Positions 1 to 12,569 of a DNA stretch of 64,000 bases are shown here, one piece after another. The notes below the pieces were generated by a model. It was not told the DNA's origin. It saw only the letters and a list, made by a program, of their open reading frames with translations, and ran no database searches. Position 1 is the stretch's first letter, and every line of letters starts with the position of its first letter. The stretch is from contig OZ176053.1 in the NCBI GenBank assembly GCA_964247055.1, positions 7,750,001-7,814,000 of the forward strand, written 5' to 3'. This DNA is from Paragordius varius (Eukaryota > Animalia > Nematomorpha). The translations under genes were made by a program, and so were the position numbers.

Positions 1-562
1 GTTTTTGAGATATTTTTAGAAAATTAATAATTTATTTTATCAATCGTTCGCATTAATATTCGGGGCTAACCTAAAATATCTCAAGTTTCGGATTGAATTA
101 TAAATTTTAAATGTGTTTTCAACTCTTTACAATCAAAAAGGAAACCTTTCAACTTTGTGATCAAAATACTGTTAAAAAATAATTTTACGATGGAAAAGTT
201 GATTTAAATGAAAAAATTTATTGGATAAAATACAAATACATAATATTATGGTACGCAAGTTTATGTTAATTTGAGATGTATAAGTATGAAATTTTAATGT
301 TAAAGGGCTAACCTAAAATGCAAATGGTATATAATCTGATTACTTATATACAATGCAGCGATTAAATTTTAGATAACGAGTTGTTAACCTTTACTGTGAC
401 TATCTGGTGTGCAATATTGTAATTAAAAATATTATACCATTATTTTCTCGTTTGCTTTTAATTTATTGGATAAAAACCTTACGTTGAGATATCAATAATT
501 TTTTATTTTGCATACATCAAATTATCTATATAAGGATCATTTTATTTAATAATATTTTAGTA

Positions 563-1589
563 ATGTCAGAAACAGGAGTCAAGAAAAAATTAGTTATATC
601 TCAACAAGATAGGAAGCGATTAGTAAAACGAGTTTTTTTGATGGAGAATGGACTGTGGATGTATCAAAGGATTTATATATAAACTATAATACTGTTGGTC
701 AAATTATGTATAAAATTTAAAAAAACAATAGTTCAGAAATTCTAACTCGTGGAGGCACTAAAAACAAAAAAATAACGGAAGATATTATGCATTTCATAGA
801 AAATAAACTAACTTATCAGCCGTCATTATCAATTAACCAGTTAAAAAAAAATTTAGAAGATGCGAAAAAATAAAATTATCTAAATCCACTATAGAACGAA
901 TAATTAAATCTTTAAAAATAACTTTGAAGTTAGCCCATCATCTTAATGAAAAAGTCAATGATCTTCAAATAATAGATTTATGGAAAAAATACGCAATATG
1001 GTTTTCACAATCTTTCTCCGATGACTTAATAAATATTATTTATTTGGATGAATGCGGTTATAATAAACATATTAGAAGAAGCCAAGGTCGATCCAAAAGT
1101 GGCACGAGAGCCAATATTTTGGTGCCTAGCGTAAAAGGCAGAAATATCACTTTTATTGGAACTCTGTCATTACGAGGTATGGTTTATTGCGAAATAGAAA
1201 GCCAAAGAACAGTCAATTCCCAACGCTTTACAAGTTTTTTTGATGGACTTTGTGAATATTTAAAGCGGGACGATATTAAATATCATTTTATTATGGACAA
1301 TGCACGGATTCATAAAAAAATGAATTAAAAGGTAGAGACGATTTAAACAAATACAAAATTGATTTTTTGTCCCCGTACAGTTATTCCTTTTACCCAATTG
1401 AAATGATTTTCAAAAATAAAAAATTTTGTCCGACAAAATATTATATTAAATAATATGAATGCGAATGTGGAATTAGTGAATCTGATAAAATTGGCAGCGG
1501 GCTCCATAACATCGGAGGATAGCAGAAATTATTTTGAAAAGATAATGACAAATATGGTAAAGGCGGCAGCCGGTTTACCTTTTATGTAA
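563..1589 (+). pseudogene. IS630/Tc1-type DDE transposase, frameshifted
   Basis: ATG at 563 with frameshifts and a stop in the HTH region. ORF 924-1328 has YLDECG and IMDNARIHK, and the next frame gives FLSPYS...PIE, i.e. a D-D-E triad. Ends GLPFM* at 1589. Positions 1-80 match the inner left arm of the MITE at ~2240-2310, and 1705-1895 match its right arm, so the parent element starts left of the window. Confidence 0.85.
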
Positions 1590-1899
1590 TCTTTTTATAA
1601 GATATACAATAAATTAAAATCATTTTTTAATATATGATCTCAATTTGTCTCTATAATAAAATCAAACAATGATTGATATATTCAGGTATATTTGTACAGT
1701 AATAGTTTAACTTTTTAAAATAAGTCATTAAAGATTGTGTAGTTGAATATATGGGAAAAATTGTCATTCAATAATTGTTTTTTTTGCAAAATAATATCCT
1801 AATATTACGCTGATAATGGTTAAAAGTTACTTTTGTTTCTTGTTTTGATATTTATTATCAAAAATAAAACCGTTTTTATTGACTGGGAAAACGTTTTTT

Positions 1900-2052
1900 T
1901 CCCAGTCTAAATAAACGTTTTCCCAGTCAATCGAAACATTTTCCCAGTCAATCGAAACGTTTTCCCAGTCAATCGAAACGTTTTCCCAGTCAATCGAAAC
2001 GTTTTCCCAATCAATCAAAACGTTTTCCCAGTCAATAAAAACATTTTCCCAA
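1900..2052 (+). repeat. 21-bp subterminal tandem repeat (TCCCAGTCAATCGAAACGTTT), about 8 units
   Basis: Directly visible; no spacers. Confidence 0.95.
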
Positions 2053-2439
2053 TCAATAAAAACGGTTTTATTTTTGATGGTAAATATTAAAACAAGATAT
2101 AAAAATAACTTTTAACCATTATTAGCGTAATATTAGGATATTATTTTTTTATAAAAACACAATTATTGAATGACAATTTACCAAGTATATTCCAGTGCAC
2201 CATTAATGACTTATTCTTTAAAAATTATATTTTTGGAATTTGAGATGTTTTTGATATAATATTTTTTATTTTATTGATGGTTCCGCATTATTTGCGGCTA
2301 ACTTACAAAATCTATAGTTACGGATGAAATATTAAATATAAAAATAATGTATCAATTTTTTCTCAAAGGTTATTTAACACTTCATATTGGATCTTAAACG
2401 TAAATTTTACCCTAATTTTATAATATTTATCATTTGGTT

Positions 2440-2721
2440 CATCGGGTGCCCAATGCGGCTTGCCGAGTATCTTTGTGCGGCCCGCTAAAATTTAGAAATC
2501 CATATGCAAAAATATGCCCACAAAATCTTAGTAATATTCATATTTCTTACGCAATTACTCTTAATGAGTCTATTAAATTGGTAACAAATTTAAAAAAATT
2601 GTTATATTTTTGTAATTTACAGTCTTATGTCTAAAAAAATTATTTATGAAATATATCGAATGCGGAACGCCGTGCTTATTAAGTAATGAGGCCCGCGAAG
2701 CCATTTGGTTAGACACCCCTG
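2440..2721. mobile_element. Degenerate hAT-type MITE nested in the long-TIR element
   Basis: Right end GGCCCGCGAAGCCATTTGGTTAGACACCCCTG resembles the right end of the hAT MITE at 49783-50075. Left end (CATCGGGTGCCCAA) is decayed and no clean TSD is seen. Confidence 0.45.
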
Positions 2722-3060
2722 TTTTATATCTTTTTATTAAATATTTTTAAATTTAGATATTTTTACCGACAGTATTTTCATGGAAAAACTTGACATGTTT
2801 AACTGTTTTAAAGCGTTCGGCAATTATTATTGCGAACCATTAATAAAATAAAAAATATTATATCAAAAACATCTCAAATTGCAAAAATATAATTTTTAAA
2901 GAATAAGTCATTAATGGTGCACTGGAATATACTTGGTAAATTGTCATTCAATAATTGTGTTTTAATAAAAAAATAATACCTAATATTACGCTAATAATGG
3001 TTAAAAGTTATTTTTATATCTTGTTTTAATATTTACCATCAAAAATAAAACCGTTTTTAT

Positions 3061-3238
3061 TGATTGGGAAAATGTTTTTATTGACTGGGAAAACGTTTTG
3101 ATTGATTGGGAAAACGTTTCGATTGATTGGGAAAACGTTTTGAATGATTGGGAAAACGTTTCGATTGACTGGGAAAACGTTTCGATAGACTGGGAAAATG
3201 TTTCGATTGACTGGGAAAACGTTTATTTAGACTGGGAA
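3061..3238 (-). repeat. Inverted copy of the 21-bp subterminal tandem repeat, about 9 units
   Basis: TGACTGGGAAAACGTTTCGAT units, the reverse complement of 1900-2052. Confidence 0.95.
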
Positions 3239-3242
3239 ATGG

Positions 3243-3275
<33 letters not shown>

Positions 3276-4373
3276 ATATATATTAACACGATACATTTTG
3301 ACTCCTAATTCATGCATTGTGTAAATCAACGGATTAACTCTATAAAGTTTAAAAACATTAAATAACGAAATGAGACTTAATACAATGATCTATATACAGG
3401 ACCAAATATTTTGGACAAATTTACCAGGATGCTCATGCCTATTTAATGCAATATGGTGCATGAAAGTATTTTTATGATATCTCTTAACTTATGAACACAA
3501 ATCGTGTATGTCCATTAAATCAAATCGGGGTCGTCCTAGGTTTTGATATCAAATAATATATATAGAATATATTGAAATAATTTCAGCTTGTATAACATTG
3601 ATGCACAAGTATAAATTTATCCCAAATACCTTGATATTTAGTTTGTGATTAAACCTCACATGAGAATCCTGCATTTTTATATTAGAATATATTTATATCA
3701 TCAATTTATTTTTCATGTCTGATTTTCATAGATGAGAACAATGTTTGATAATTAAATTTAAAATAACTTTAAAAACAGTAGTTTATTTACAAAACTAAGC
3801 TTTGGGACCTAAAAATACCCCATAAACTAGGACAAAAAAGTCAAAAGGTAATGAAGTGCTAAGCAATTTATTTTCATATTTATCTCAAAAACTTCTAAAT
3901 TTCCTTCTATAGATATTGAAAAATTACACTGCGACCGAAATGAGGGGGGGGGGGGGGGTTTCAAAAAACCATATGCAATATATACTCTTAAAGAAAAAAT
4001 CATTCATGAGTCAAAGAAAGTTTAGTTTCAAATCAGAAAATGACAAAATTTGCACAAACATTTTTAAATAAATTTTTTTATGAAAGCTAAATTTTTCATT
4101 CTAAAAAATACCCTAAAATATATCATAAACTACCAAAAGTCAAAACAATTTTTTTGAAAAAAATAATTTGTAGATGTGGGCTCGGAAAGTCTCATTTTTC
4201 TCTCTCTTTTAAAATGGGCTAGTTCCTAAAAAATAAACCATTAAAAAGCCGGGAAATAAAAAAATTAAATATATACTAAATTTTTACTAAAAAATATTTT
4301 GTAAAAAAATTCATATACTCTTTAGGAAAATCTATTTTAAAGCAATATTTTATTGAACCAATTTTATACTATT

Positions 4374-5155
4374 TTAACAGATTCAAATTGGGGTATCTAA
4401 ACACCCCAGACAAATTTTAAGTTAGGATTTTATAAAACTACTGAATGAAACGGTCCCAATTTAAATTTATGCTTCTATCCTTATAAAAATTATATAAATA
4501 TGCCAAAATATCTTAACAAAAGTTTATTTTGAAAAAGGTTCCATGTCAAACTACTTCGACGCCATTTTTATTTTACAAAATTTTTGCAAAATATCATCTT
4601 CATTTAACACTTCGATTCTAATTGGGGTATCTAAATACCCCAGACCAAATTTGAGTTAGGATTTTTAAAAAACTACTGAAGAAAACTGTCCCAATTTAAA
4701 TTTATGCTCCTATCCTAATAAAAATTATATAATTATGCCAAAATATCTAAATAAAATTTTGTTTTGAAAAAAAAGTTCCATGTCAAACTACTTCGACGCC
4801 ATTTTTAATTTATAAAATTTTTGCAAAATATTGTCTTCATTTAATTTTAAGGGTGAAATTAAAGCTAATTATTTATTTAAATAACATCTAACATTGATAT
4901 AAATAGAAAAAGCTGTTTATTTTGTTTATTTTTTAATTTCACCATTGAACACATGTCACGTTGACTAAATTTTTACCTTTCGGTTTTAGCTTAAAATAAG
5001 TAATATCAAGTTTTTTGAATAAAACTTTTTATATATTTCAGTTTATAAATGTTGTGCGAAATTTTGCCATGGTTTCGATTGCTTCCATTTTTTAAAGGAT
5101 ATAATTTTAAACAGGCCTGGGGTATTAACTACCCCAATTTGAATCGAAGGACTAA
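4374..5155. mobile_element. piggyBac-like MITE with a tandemly duplicated left portion
   Basis: Two ~230-240 bp tandem units (from 4374 and from 4604) begin TTAAC..GATTC.AATTGGGGTATCTAAA.ACCCCAG. An inverted ~40 bp copy lies at 5117-5155. Ends are TTAA-like; the superfamily assignment is tentative. Confidence 0.45.
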
Positions 5156-5520
5156 AATGAATGTGTTGTATCCAAGTGTTAAACATGATAGAAGCGGTAG
5201 AAAACCGTTATTTATAACCTAAAAACACTTTTCTCATATAATTCGATTATGCTGAAATTTCTATCGCGCCAGATTTATAGACTTAAATTTTGCTGAATTT
5301 TGAAAAGAAAACAATATATATTTAAAATAAATTAAGACTAAGGAATACTTTAGTCTAAATTCTGAAACAATCAAACGGCTGTCACTAAACAATTGACTGG
5401 TGTATAATAGGCTAAGGGACATCTTTTGTGGACAGTGGGGACTTGGGTCTGCTCCACCCTTTTCTTCATACACTTTGATATAAGCTATTTTTTATTGCAG
5501 TTGTTAGGCTTTTTTTTACA

Positions 5521-8500
5521 ATGCGTGATCCATATGCTCAAATATTCAAAAAAATTTTATATTTAAAACGAAATTTAAATAGCTGGGTTCCACGACACAA
5601 AGAATTTTTTATAAATGAAGAAAAAACTCCTATTAGAACTCTTAATCTTCCGGTATTTATATTTATATGCTCAGAATGGTCAAGTTGTGAATGATTTAAA
5701 CAAATTTTATCAAATTTCTTTCAATGATTACAAAATGTTGCATCAATCGAGGAGTTTTAGATCGGAATTTAAAGGACAAGTATCAGATAATTGTATAACA
5801 GATTGCCACATTTGATGAATTTGCTATTATGGTAAGAAAACCAGCTCTGGAACTTTTCCATTATCTTAGCCTTGCAGAAAAATCTAATTTAGCAAACCGA
5901 TATTTAATTTGTTTTTAATTATAATTATATCTTAGATGGACAAAATGGTTCAGGAAAAACTATGACATATAACCACATATTACATTATGGATTATTATCT
6001 GATGATTGGATTGTATTTCCAGTAAAACAGTGTAAATTTTTAAAATAAATTAATATTAGGGTATTTAAAAAATTAATTTTAAACGATGCTAAATGTGTAG
6101 ATCTGCATTATTAAATAGCATTTTATTGATTAAACATTTATTTTCAGAGTAATACAATGCTGTAAAGTTTTTAAGACGGGATTGTCTCATTTATTACAAC
6201 CCTTCTAAAAATGCCAATTACTATTATTTTTAAGTTATTCTAAGGTCGCTTTTATATTAACCCTGTTTACCGAGCCGTTATTAAAATTGATTAATTGTAT
6301 ATAAAATTATGTTTGCAATTTTAAAGTAAATAGTTAATCCTTATTTAGGTGTTAAATATTAATTATTAATAACTAGATTTTATATTTTAAATATTAAGCC
6401 ATCTAAACATATTAATCCAATTTTTTAATATATATTTAAAATATATTTTAGGCTTGTACTTTACCGTTTATTACAAAGAAATCGTCGCATCTACAACGCA
6501 TCCCGGAAGATTTGATTTGCCTCATGAAGCTTCGTTATTTTTGAAAGCGTTTTCTCATATAAATTCTGCCAAACTTAAGTCTATGGATGTAAGCAAATAA
6601 TATATTTTAACTTATATTATAAATTGATAAGCTCTTATTTATATTCCAAAAAGCAAATGATACATATACTAATTTTAGGATACCAATTTCATTTAAAGAT
6701 TGATATTATGCAACTTGCCCTGTTTTCATTTTATTACATTAACTATTATGTTTAATATACCTTGAAATCGCTTAACTATTTTGTGCTTGACATATTTTGC
6801 AATCAGTAATATTTTTGGCGTAAAATCAAAGATATATATAAATAATAAACTCATATTTTCTATAATCATCATTTAAATTATACATTACAATTCAAATAAA
6901 TTAGAAATAAATGAAAACTATATTATTCAAACCTCTAGCTCAAAACTTCCCAGGATTATATATGGACAAAGCGAGAAAAGTCAGAGAAAGGGACCCCATT
7001 GATTGATATAATAAACTATGTATGCACATTTATCAATAATGAAAATTTTTCATTATCACATTATATTTAGGGTATAGAAAGGCCATTGTATGCGACAGAC
7101 GTGGTTGGAATTTTAGTGAAAGAATTAAAGGGACAAATTAAAAACTTCAAGTTTGTATTAAATTATAAACATAAATCTGATATTTTTCGTAAAGTTTTTT
7201 ATGTCAAAAACTAATTAGTCACGTAGGTATGTTAAATTTTTTTTATTTTATTAAATATATCCTTAATAAAGAATAAGTTTATATCAATGTTTTTCATACT
7301 GCTCTATTCAATTTGAGCTGCTTTTGGCATATGAAAAATTGAAATTATAAGGACAAAACATAAAAGTATAAAGGCAAAAAAATTTTTAAAAGACAATGCT
7401 TTTTCGAATCTTAAATTTAAAGACACCTAAATTATCATTTTTAGAGGTGTTATACTGTTAATATTACTTTATATTCATTATATATTTTTTTGATAGGGAA
7501 AAAATTTTGGTTGTTATGGAAGCAGCTAATTTTCTATTTGGTCAATCCCAAATTCCCAGTGCAAACAAAGATTTCGTAAATGATTATAAATTTTACTTTT
7601 ATACTAAATGTCTTAAATTCAATTTTTTATAAGCGCATATTTATTAATAATATTAATTATTAATGTTACAGTTGAATTGTGATGATTTATCATTGGTGTG
7701 TCATATGAAAAAAATGTTACAAAATGATTGGGTATATTATTTTTTTGTGAAATAAAAATAATTAAAGTGTGGAGGAGCCATAGTATGTACGTTGGATCAA
7801 AGATTTATATTTTCTGACAAAAAACACAATGACACTCATATACTACCCTTTATGCCCAAAATTCTACTAAAGACTGAAGTAATGTTTAATATCGTGTATT
7901 TATATAGCTAAGATTTTTTTCATGACATATCTAATTAATTTAAATATGTTGTTAAGTATTTCGAGAATAATTTTAGAAAAATTTTTTGCTTTTATCATAT
8001 TTTTTTACATCTCTACTTAGTTTTTTGCCATATTTCAATTAAATATGATTTTTAGGATTTAAAAATATATCGGGGCTTTGTGTTATAAAATTTATAATGT
8101 ATTTGTTGTACAATATTTTAATACGTTTATTTATTTTTCTTGCATAATATTTTTAATGTATTATAACACCAAGAATAAAGTTATACGTAAAATTAATCGC
8201 TTTGAGAAATAATTGTTAAATAATTTGTATAAATAATTTTCATTTTTATTAGGGATTTGAATTTTTTGATCCATTTATCCCGATTGAAATACCAAATTTT
8301 GATGAATTGGAAACGTACAATATGATAGATTATTATCTTGAACGAAAATGGCTTAACCATCCTGCATGTATTACTATTAAAAACTTAAATATTTATGAAG
8401 CATATTATTGCATTAACAAAACTTTAAATTATAGTATACTCAATAGTAGTAAGCTTATTGTGTGATAAAGTACATGTAAAATATGTTTTTACTAAAAATT

Positions 8501-9014
8501 AATCCATTGAAAAAGATACTACCATGTATCGAAAATTTTGGGTATAGTTTTATTTACAAATTTTTCTAGAAATTATTATTTTAATAAAATCAGGATGTTT
8601 TTTTTCAAAACGAATTCTGAATAAGCATTAAAGTGTGAAAATTTTAAGTTAAATGACATTCGACTTATATCTCTTACATATTTCATATAACATAGTTTAG
8701 ATAAAAAATCCCTTTTGTATATTTATTTAATTGTGTTTTTATATGTAATAAGATTAACTTAATATTTTAGCTAATGTATTTCTAATTAAAAATATAATAC
8801 CTAGTTAACATTGTTTGTTAGTAATATTTATAGTGTTAAATTTTGTCCCCGCAAAAGAAATCAGTCATGCCATTTTTCTAATTTATTATTAAATTAATTT
8901 TTATAATGGGTTTTATTTTATTTTTTAGTGAAAGAACCCTATGCACGGAGAGAAGTTTTTTACCTAACAAACGGAAATGGATTGGATCTTTATAATTTTT
9001 CACGCAAATGGTGA
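5521..9014 (+). CDS. DAP3: Death-associated protein 3 / mitochondrial ribosomal protein S29 (multi-exon)
   Basis: Spliced translation gives ...ATFDEFAIMVRKPALELFHYL...RYLIYGQNGSGKT (P-loop)...GRFDLPHEASLFLK...YIWTKREKSEKGTPL...ATDVVGILVKELK...GFEFFDPFIPIEIPNFDE...NFSRKW*, matching DAP3 motifs. ATG 5521 is in frame with exon 1. Confidence 0.92.
8503..8541 (+). ncRNA. Minimal type I hammerhead-ribozyme-like motif (U3-A8 core variant) in a Penelope 3'-end fragment inside a DAP3 intron
   Basis: TCCA-TTGAAAAA-GATAC-taccat-GTATC-GAAA-ATTT-TGG: stem I, a 5-bp stem II, GAAA, and a palindromic AATT stem III. Homologous to the 3' ends of the Penelope copies at 33291-33327 and 35221-35260. Confidence 0.55.
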
Positions 9015-10164
9015 ATTATAAAATAAATATTATTTTATATTTGATCATGACATACAATAAATAAAGCATTTGTTTATCAGAGAAAAATGTATTAAATTAA
9101 TAAACATTTGAGTGTTTTTTTTATTAATATTATAATTAAGATACAAATGTATAGTAAACGGTTTTGATGCGGTAATATCATTGTTTACAAAATTGGAAAC
9201 ATTATAGTCTTTTTAAATATTTTTAAGTGTTTTGTATTTCCCGATTTAAAGCGATACAAAAAACCAGTAACTTAAATAACTGCATTTGATTATTATTTGG
9301 TTGCGAAAAAATTTCAAATTCAGCTGTTAATTGAAAACTTTAAATGCTATCTTTTAGAATGTAATAACTTAATAGCAATATTTTTTCAGGTGAGCGTTTT
9401 CCCCGTTCCTCATACTTATTAAAAGTCTCAGTTCGTAATTCCATTTCTAAAATAGTTTCCAAAATAGTTTTTCCGCCCGTTCCTGTGTATATGGGTAATA
9501 TATTGATGGCTTTAATCTTAATTTGTCTAATCGATATTATTTCTGTTTAATGTTTTACGAATTAAGGACTAAAAACTAATGCACGCCTTTCTCAAAAAAA
9601 TTAAAATCGCTTCATTATTTATATTATATAATCCAGCATAAAATTAAAGCGAAAATATTTTAGTATCATAATTAAATATTTTTTGATAACTTCTAAAAAT
9701 TTTGAATACCTTATAAATCTTATTAAAGCAAAAATCTGATTCTAATGTATGATTATTATGAAATTCTAAAATTAATTTAATATATACGTTTTTTATGTGT
9801 TATATTAGCGATTAAGGAAAACTATTCAAAAAATATGTCAAAAGTGTGAGATGAGTATTTTTATATTGTTTAATAATTTTTTGAATAATGGGCTTATGAA
9901 TGCATATTTTGACTTAATATCATTGATATTTATATTAAGTTGCATGGCTCTGAGGTAGATTCCAAAGTATTGACGTCTTTGAAAAATAATTAGATAGACA
10001 ATGAAACAAATATATTATAATTTTTTTTACCACTTCGAATTTCGGTCTTTTATCTTTATACAATCCTAAGTCTCTAATTGAATATATAATATCTATAGTA
10101 AACTACTCCAATTTTTTTAATATAAATAGTTGGAATTATAAAAAGATCTCAAATGTTTTGTCGA

Positions 10165-10360
10165 TAAAAATTTGACCTAAAAGTCAAGGGTAAGATTTAC
10201 AGTGATGTTGTACAACCAACAATAATGTACAACTCACAGGCATGAGCATAAGAGAGGCGTTTTGAGATTACTGAAATGAGGCTTAAATTGATGTACGGTG
10301 TAACGAGGAATGTCTACATAAGAGGAGTACGGAAATCAAACCGGTAATAAGCTTTAGCTA
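10165..10360 (+). mobile_element. RTE-clade LINE fragment
   Basis: Translation KVKGKIYSDVVQPTIMYN...EMRLKLMYGVTR..YIR resembles the RTE C-terminal region (KIYKTVVRPAMLYG...EMRMLR..GVTR). Contains stops. Confidence 0.55.
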
Positions 10361-10478
10361 CAAATAACTTGACCCATATTAAGATAAAATAACAATTAAG
10401 ACTAATCTATTTTTAAAAAATAAAAGCATGGCTTAAAAAAATCAACATGCTAAAGTGAATGTAAATATAATTGACATC

Positions 10479-11220
10479 ATGACGTTTTTTTACTTGGTCT
10501 TATTTCACATTTTTATTAAATGCGTGGTGAATATCGAGGACTTTAAGAATCAGCTCTATTTTTATTTGGCAGAAGGTGAGAGAAAATGTTTTTTGGAGGA
10601 AGTACCGGAAGATACTCGCATAGAAGGTTTGTTCATTTTATATTTACAGGTATATACCACATTGAAGTTATTGATCCAAAGAGTAACACCCATACTGTTT
10701 CGCCACAAGGAATAGGTATGATGGTAGATGTATGGAATCCTGATAATAAAAAAATATTATCAAAATTATACAGTTCTGCCAGTACTTTTAGTTTTACCAC
10801 CGATTCTTCTGGCGATCATAAAATTTGTTTACATTCGAATTCAACCAAGCATACACCCTATGAGAACCAGCACCTTGTAAAAATTATTTATAAATTTAGA
10901 AAATTTATTTTAAAATCAATATTGGTGAACATGCCATTCATTATGCCGAAACAAGTAAACATGAGCGATACTCTGAATTAGAACTCAGAATAAGACAATT
11001 GATAGACCAGTTAATACAAATAGCCAAAGAACAAAACTATCAACGAGTATCAATAAAATATAAATATTAGTCTAGAGAAGAAAAGTTTAGAAAAACAAGT
11101 GAAAGCACGAACAAAAGAGTTTTATGGTGGTCAATTGCTCAAACAATAGTGCTCGTGGTTACTGGTTTATGGCAAATGAAACATTTAAAAGGATTTTTTG
11201 AAGCTAAAAAATTAGTTTAA
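10479..11220 (+). CDS. TMED9: p24alpha family cargo receptor (TMED9/TMED4-like)
   Basis: Signal peptide, [82 protein letters not shown] (dilysine tail). Introns 10627-10649, 10877-10899 and 11047-11070 restore the frame. Confidence 0.93.
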
Positions 11221-11580
11221 GATTAGAATAAATTTATTTAATACATTTATTTTTATATTGTTGTGTTTCTTTCATCGTTTTCGCCATTTCCAAATTTAAT
11301 TTACATAAATCAACTATCAATATACATTAGATAAACCTCTTAAGGCCATGGCTTCAGCTTTTAAATCTTGCATTTCTTTCAAATAATTTTCAATTTTGTT
11401 TAAGCTATCCGTGTACCACTCATCCATGTCAGACGATTTTATTTGATACCAAACGATAAATATAGATCGTTTGTTATTTATACCTTTTGCAAAAATATTA
11501 TTGCAAATGTTTAGGATTATCAAACTAATTAAGTTTGATAAAAGTTTAGCTCGGCCAATTGTTTTAATCTTTTTATGCAT
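11212..11580 (-). CDS. Possible unknown coiled-coil protein gene (3' part), convergent with TMED9
   Basis: 87-aa ORF plus a 23-nt GT-AG intron (11314-11336) that extends it to ...[35 protein letters not shown]. The 5' end could not be reconstructed and no family was recognised. Confidence 0.3.
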
Positions 11581-12569
11581 GTTTTTGCGGTATTCTTAAA
11601 TTATCAGAAACTTTTTAGCAGCTTTTGATTTGGGTGGTTTTAAAATAATTTTGATTTTTGTCGGTGACGCGTTTTCATAATCCCGGGTACATTATGAAAA
11701 ATATGCATAAATCTCTGTTTAAGGTTCATTTATAAATACAAAGTAATAATCTAATATTTTTTATGCTGATATGATTAATTGGTTTATAGCATATTCGGTT
11801 TTTATCTACGTTCCCAGTCACCCGCAGACCAATGTAATGCGACTTTTATGCTCAAATTATTTTAATATTTATTTTGATATTTTGCATTTCCCACACATTT
11901 TTTGATTTTAGGTTTAAACGTTTTTTCAAAAAAAAAATTTTCATATGACCCGAATTAACTTCTAGAATCCGTAATTCGGGTAACCTCAAAACGCGATTGT
12001 AACAAACAACTTTATTTAAAACTGACAATTATTATAATGTACTGCTAAAATTTGACAGCTTCCTAAAGTTAAACATTTTTATGTTGTATTAGCGGTTAAA
12101 AAAATAAATGGTGGTAAATGGTAAGATGGTGATCTTCTTACGATTTTGCATTTATAAAACTTATTTGAATCATGCGCCTAAAGGGCATGCAATAAATTTG
12201 GCCCAATATCCTATACTTTTGAAGATATTTCATTAAATCTCGAGGGCTTATAATATAATTAAAAGGTAAAACTGTTATTTTGAGGTATGTATTTTGGCAT
12301 CAAATTGGGTGGAAATTTTTTTATAGCAAGAATCGAAGCTTATTAAATATTCAATATCATTAAAATTTACCTCTTTTTTTAATATACATTCAAAAAAAAA
12401 CTCAAAATTGATAATATTTTAAGTATTCAGGTCAATGCAAGATCTATAATATAAATCATAATATTTATATTTTAGCGAAAGCGTATATTCAAAATTCGGA
12501 ATATTAGTATGGATCCTTTATGTAGGCATGTGCGGGAAATGCCTCAAAAAAATCATTTATATCCATAAA

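Larger units (their letters stand above)
1899..3240. mobile_element. Non-autonomous long-TIR element (MITE) related to the adjacent IS630/Tc1-type element
   Basis: ~390 bp inverted arms (~1900-2290 and ~2830-3240). Outer ends TTCCCAGTCTAAATAAACG / CGTTTATTTAGACTGGGAA are exact reverse complements. The right end is followed by TA repeats. Confidence 0.8.

Noticed and set aside
1590-3240. Fanzor/TnpB cargo next to the IS630/Tc1-type transposase
   Set aside because: No ORF with RuvC or zinc-finger motifs is present; only non-coding TIR sequence.
1827-3329. ORFs MIDWENVSIDWENVS... and SQSKRFP... as repeat proteins, or the 21-bp array as CRISPR
   Set aside because: They are translations of TIR tandem repeats. 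There are no unique spacers, no cas genes, and the context is eukaryotic.
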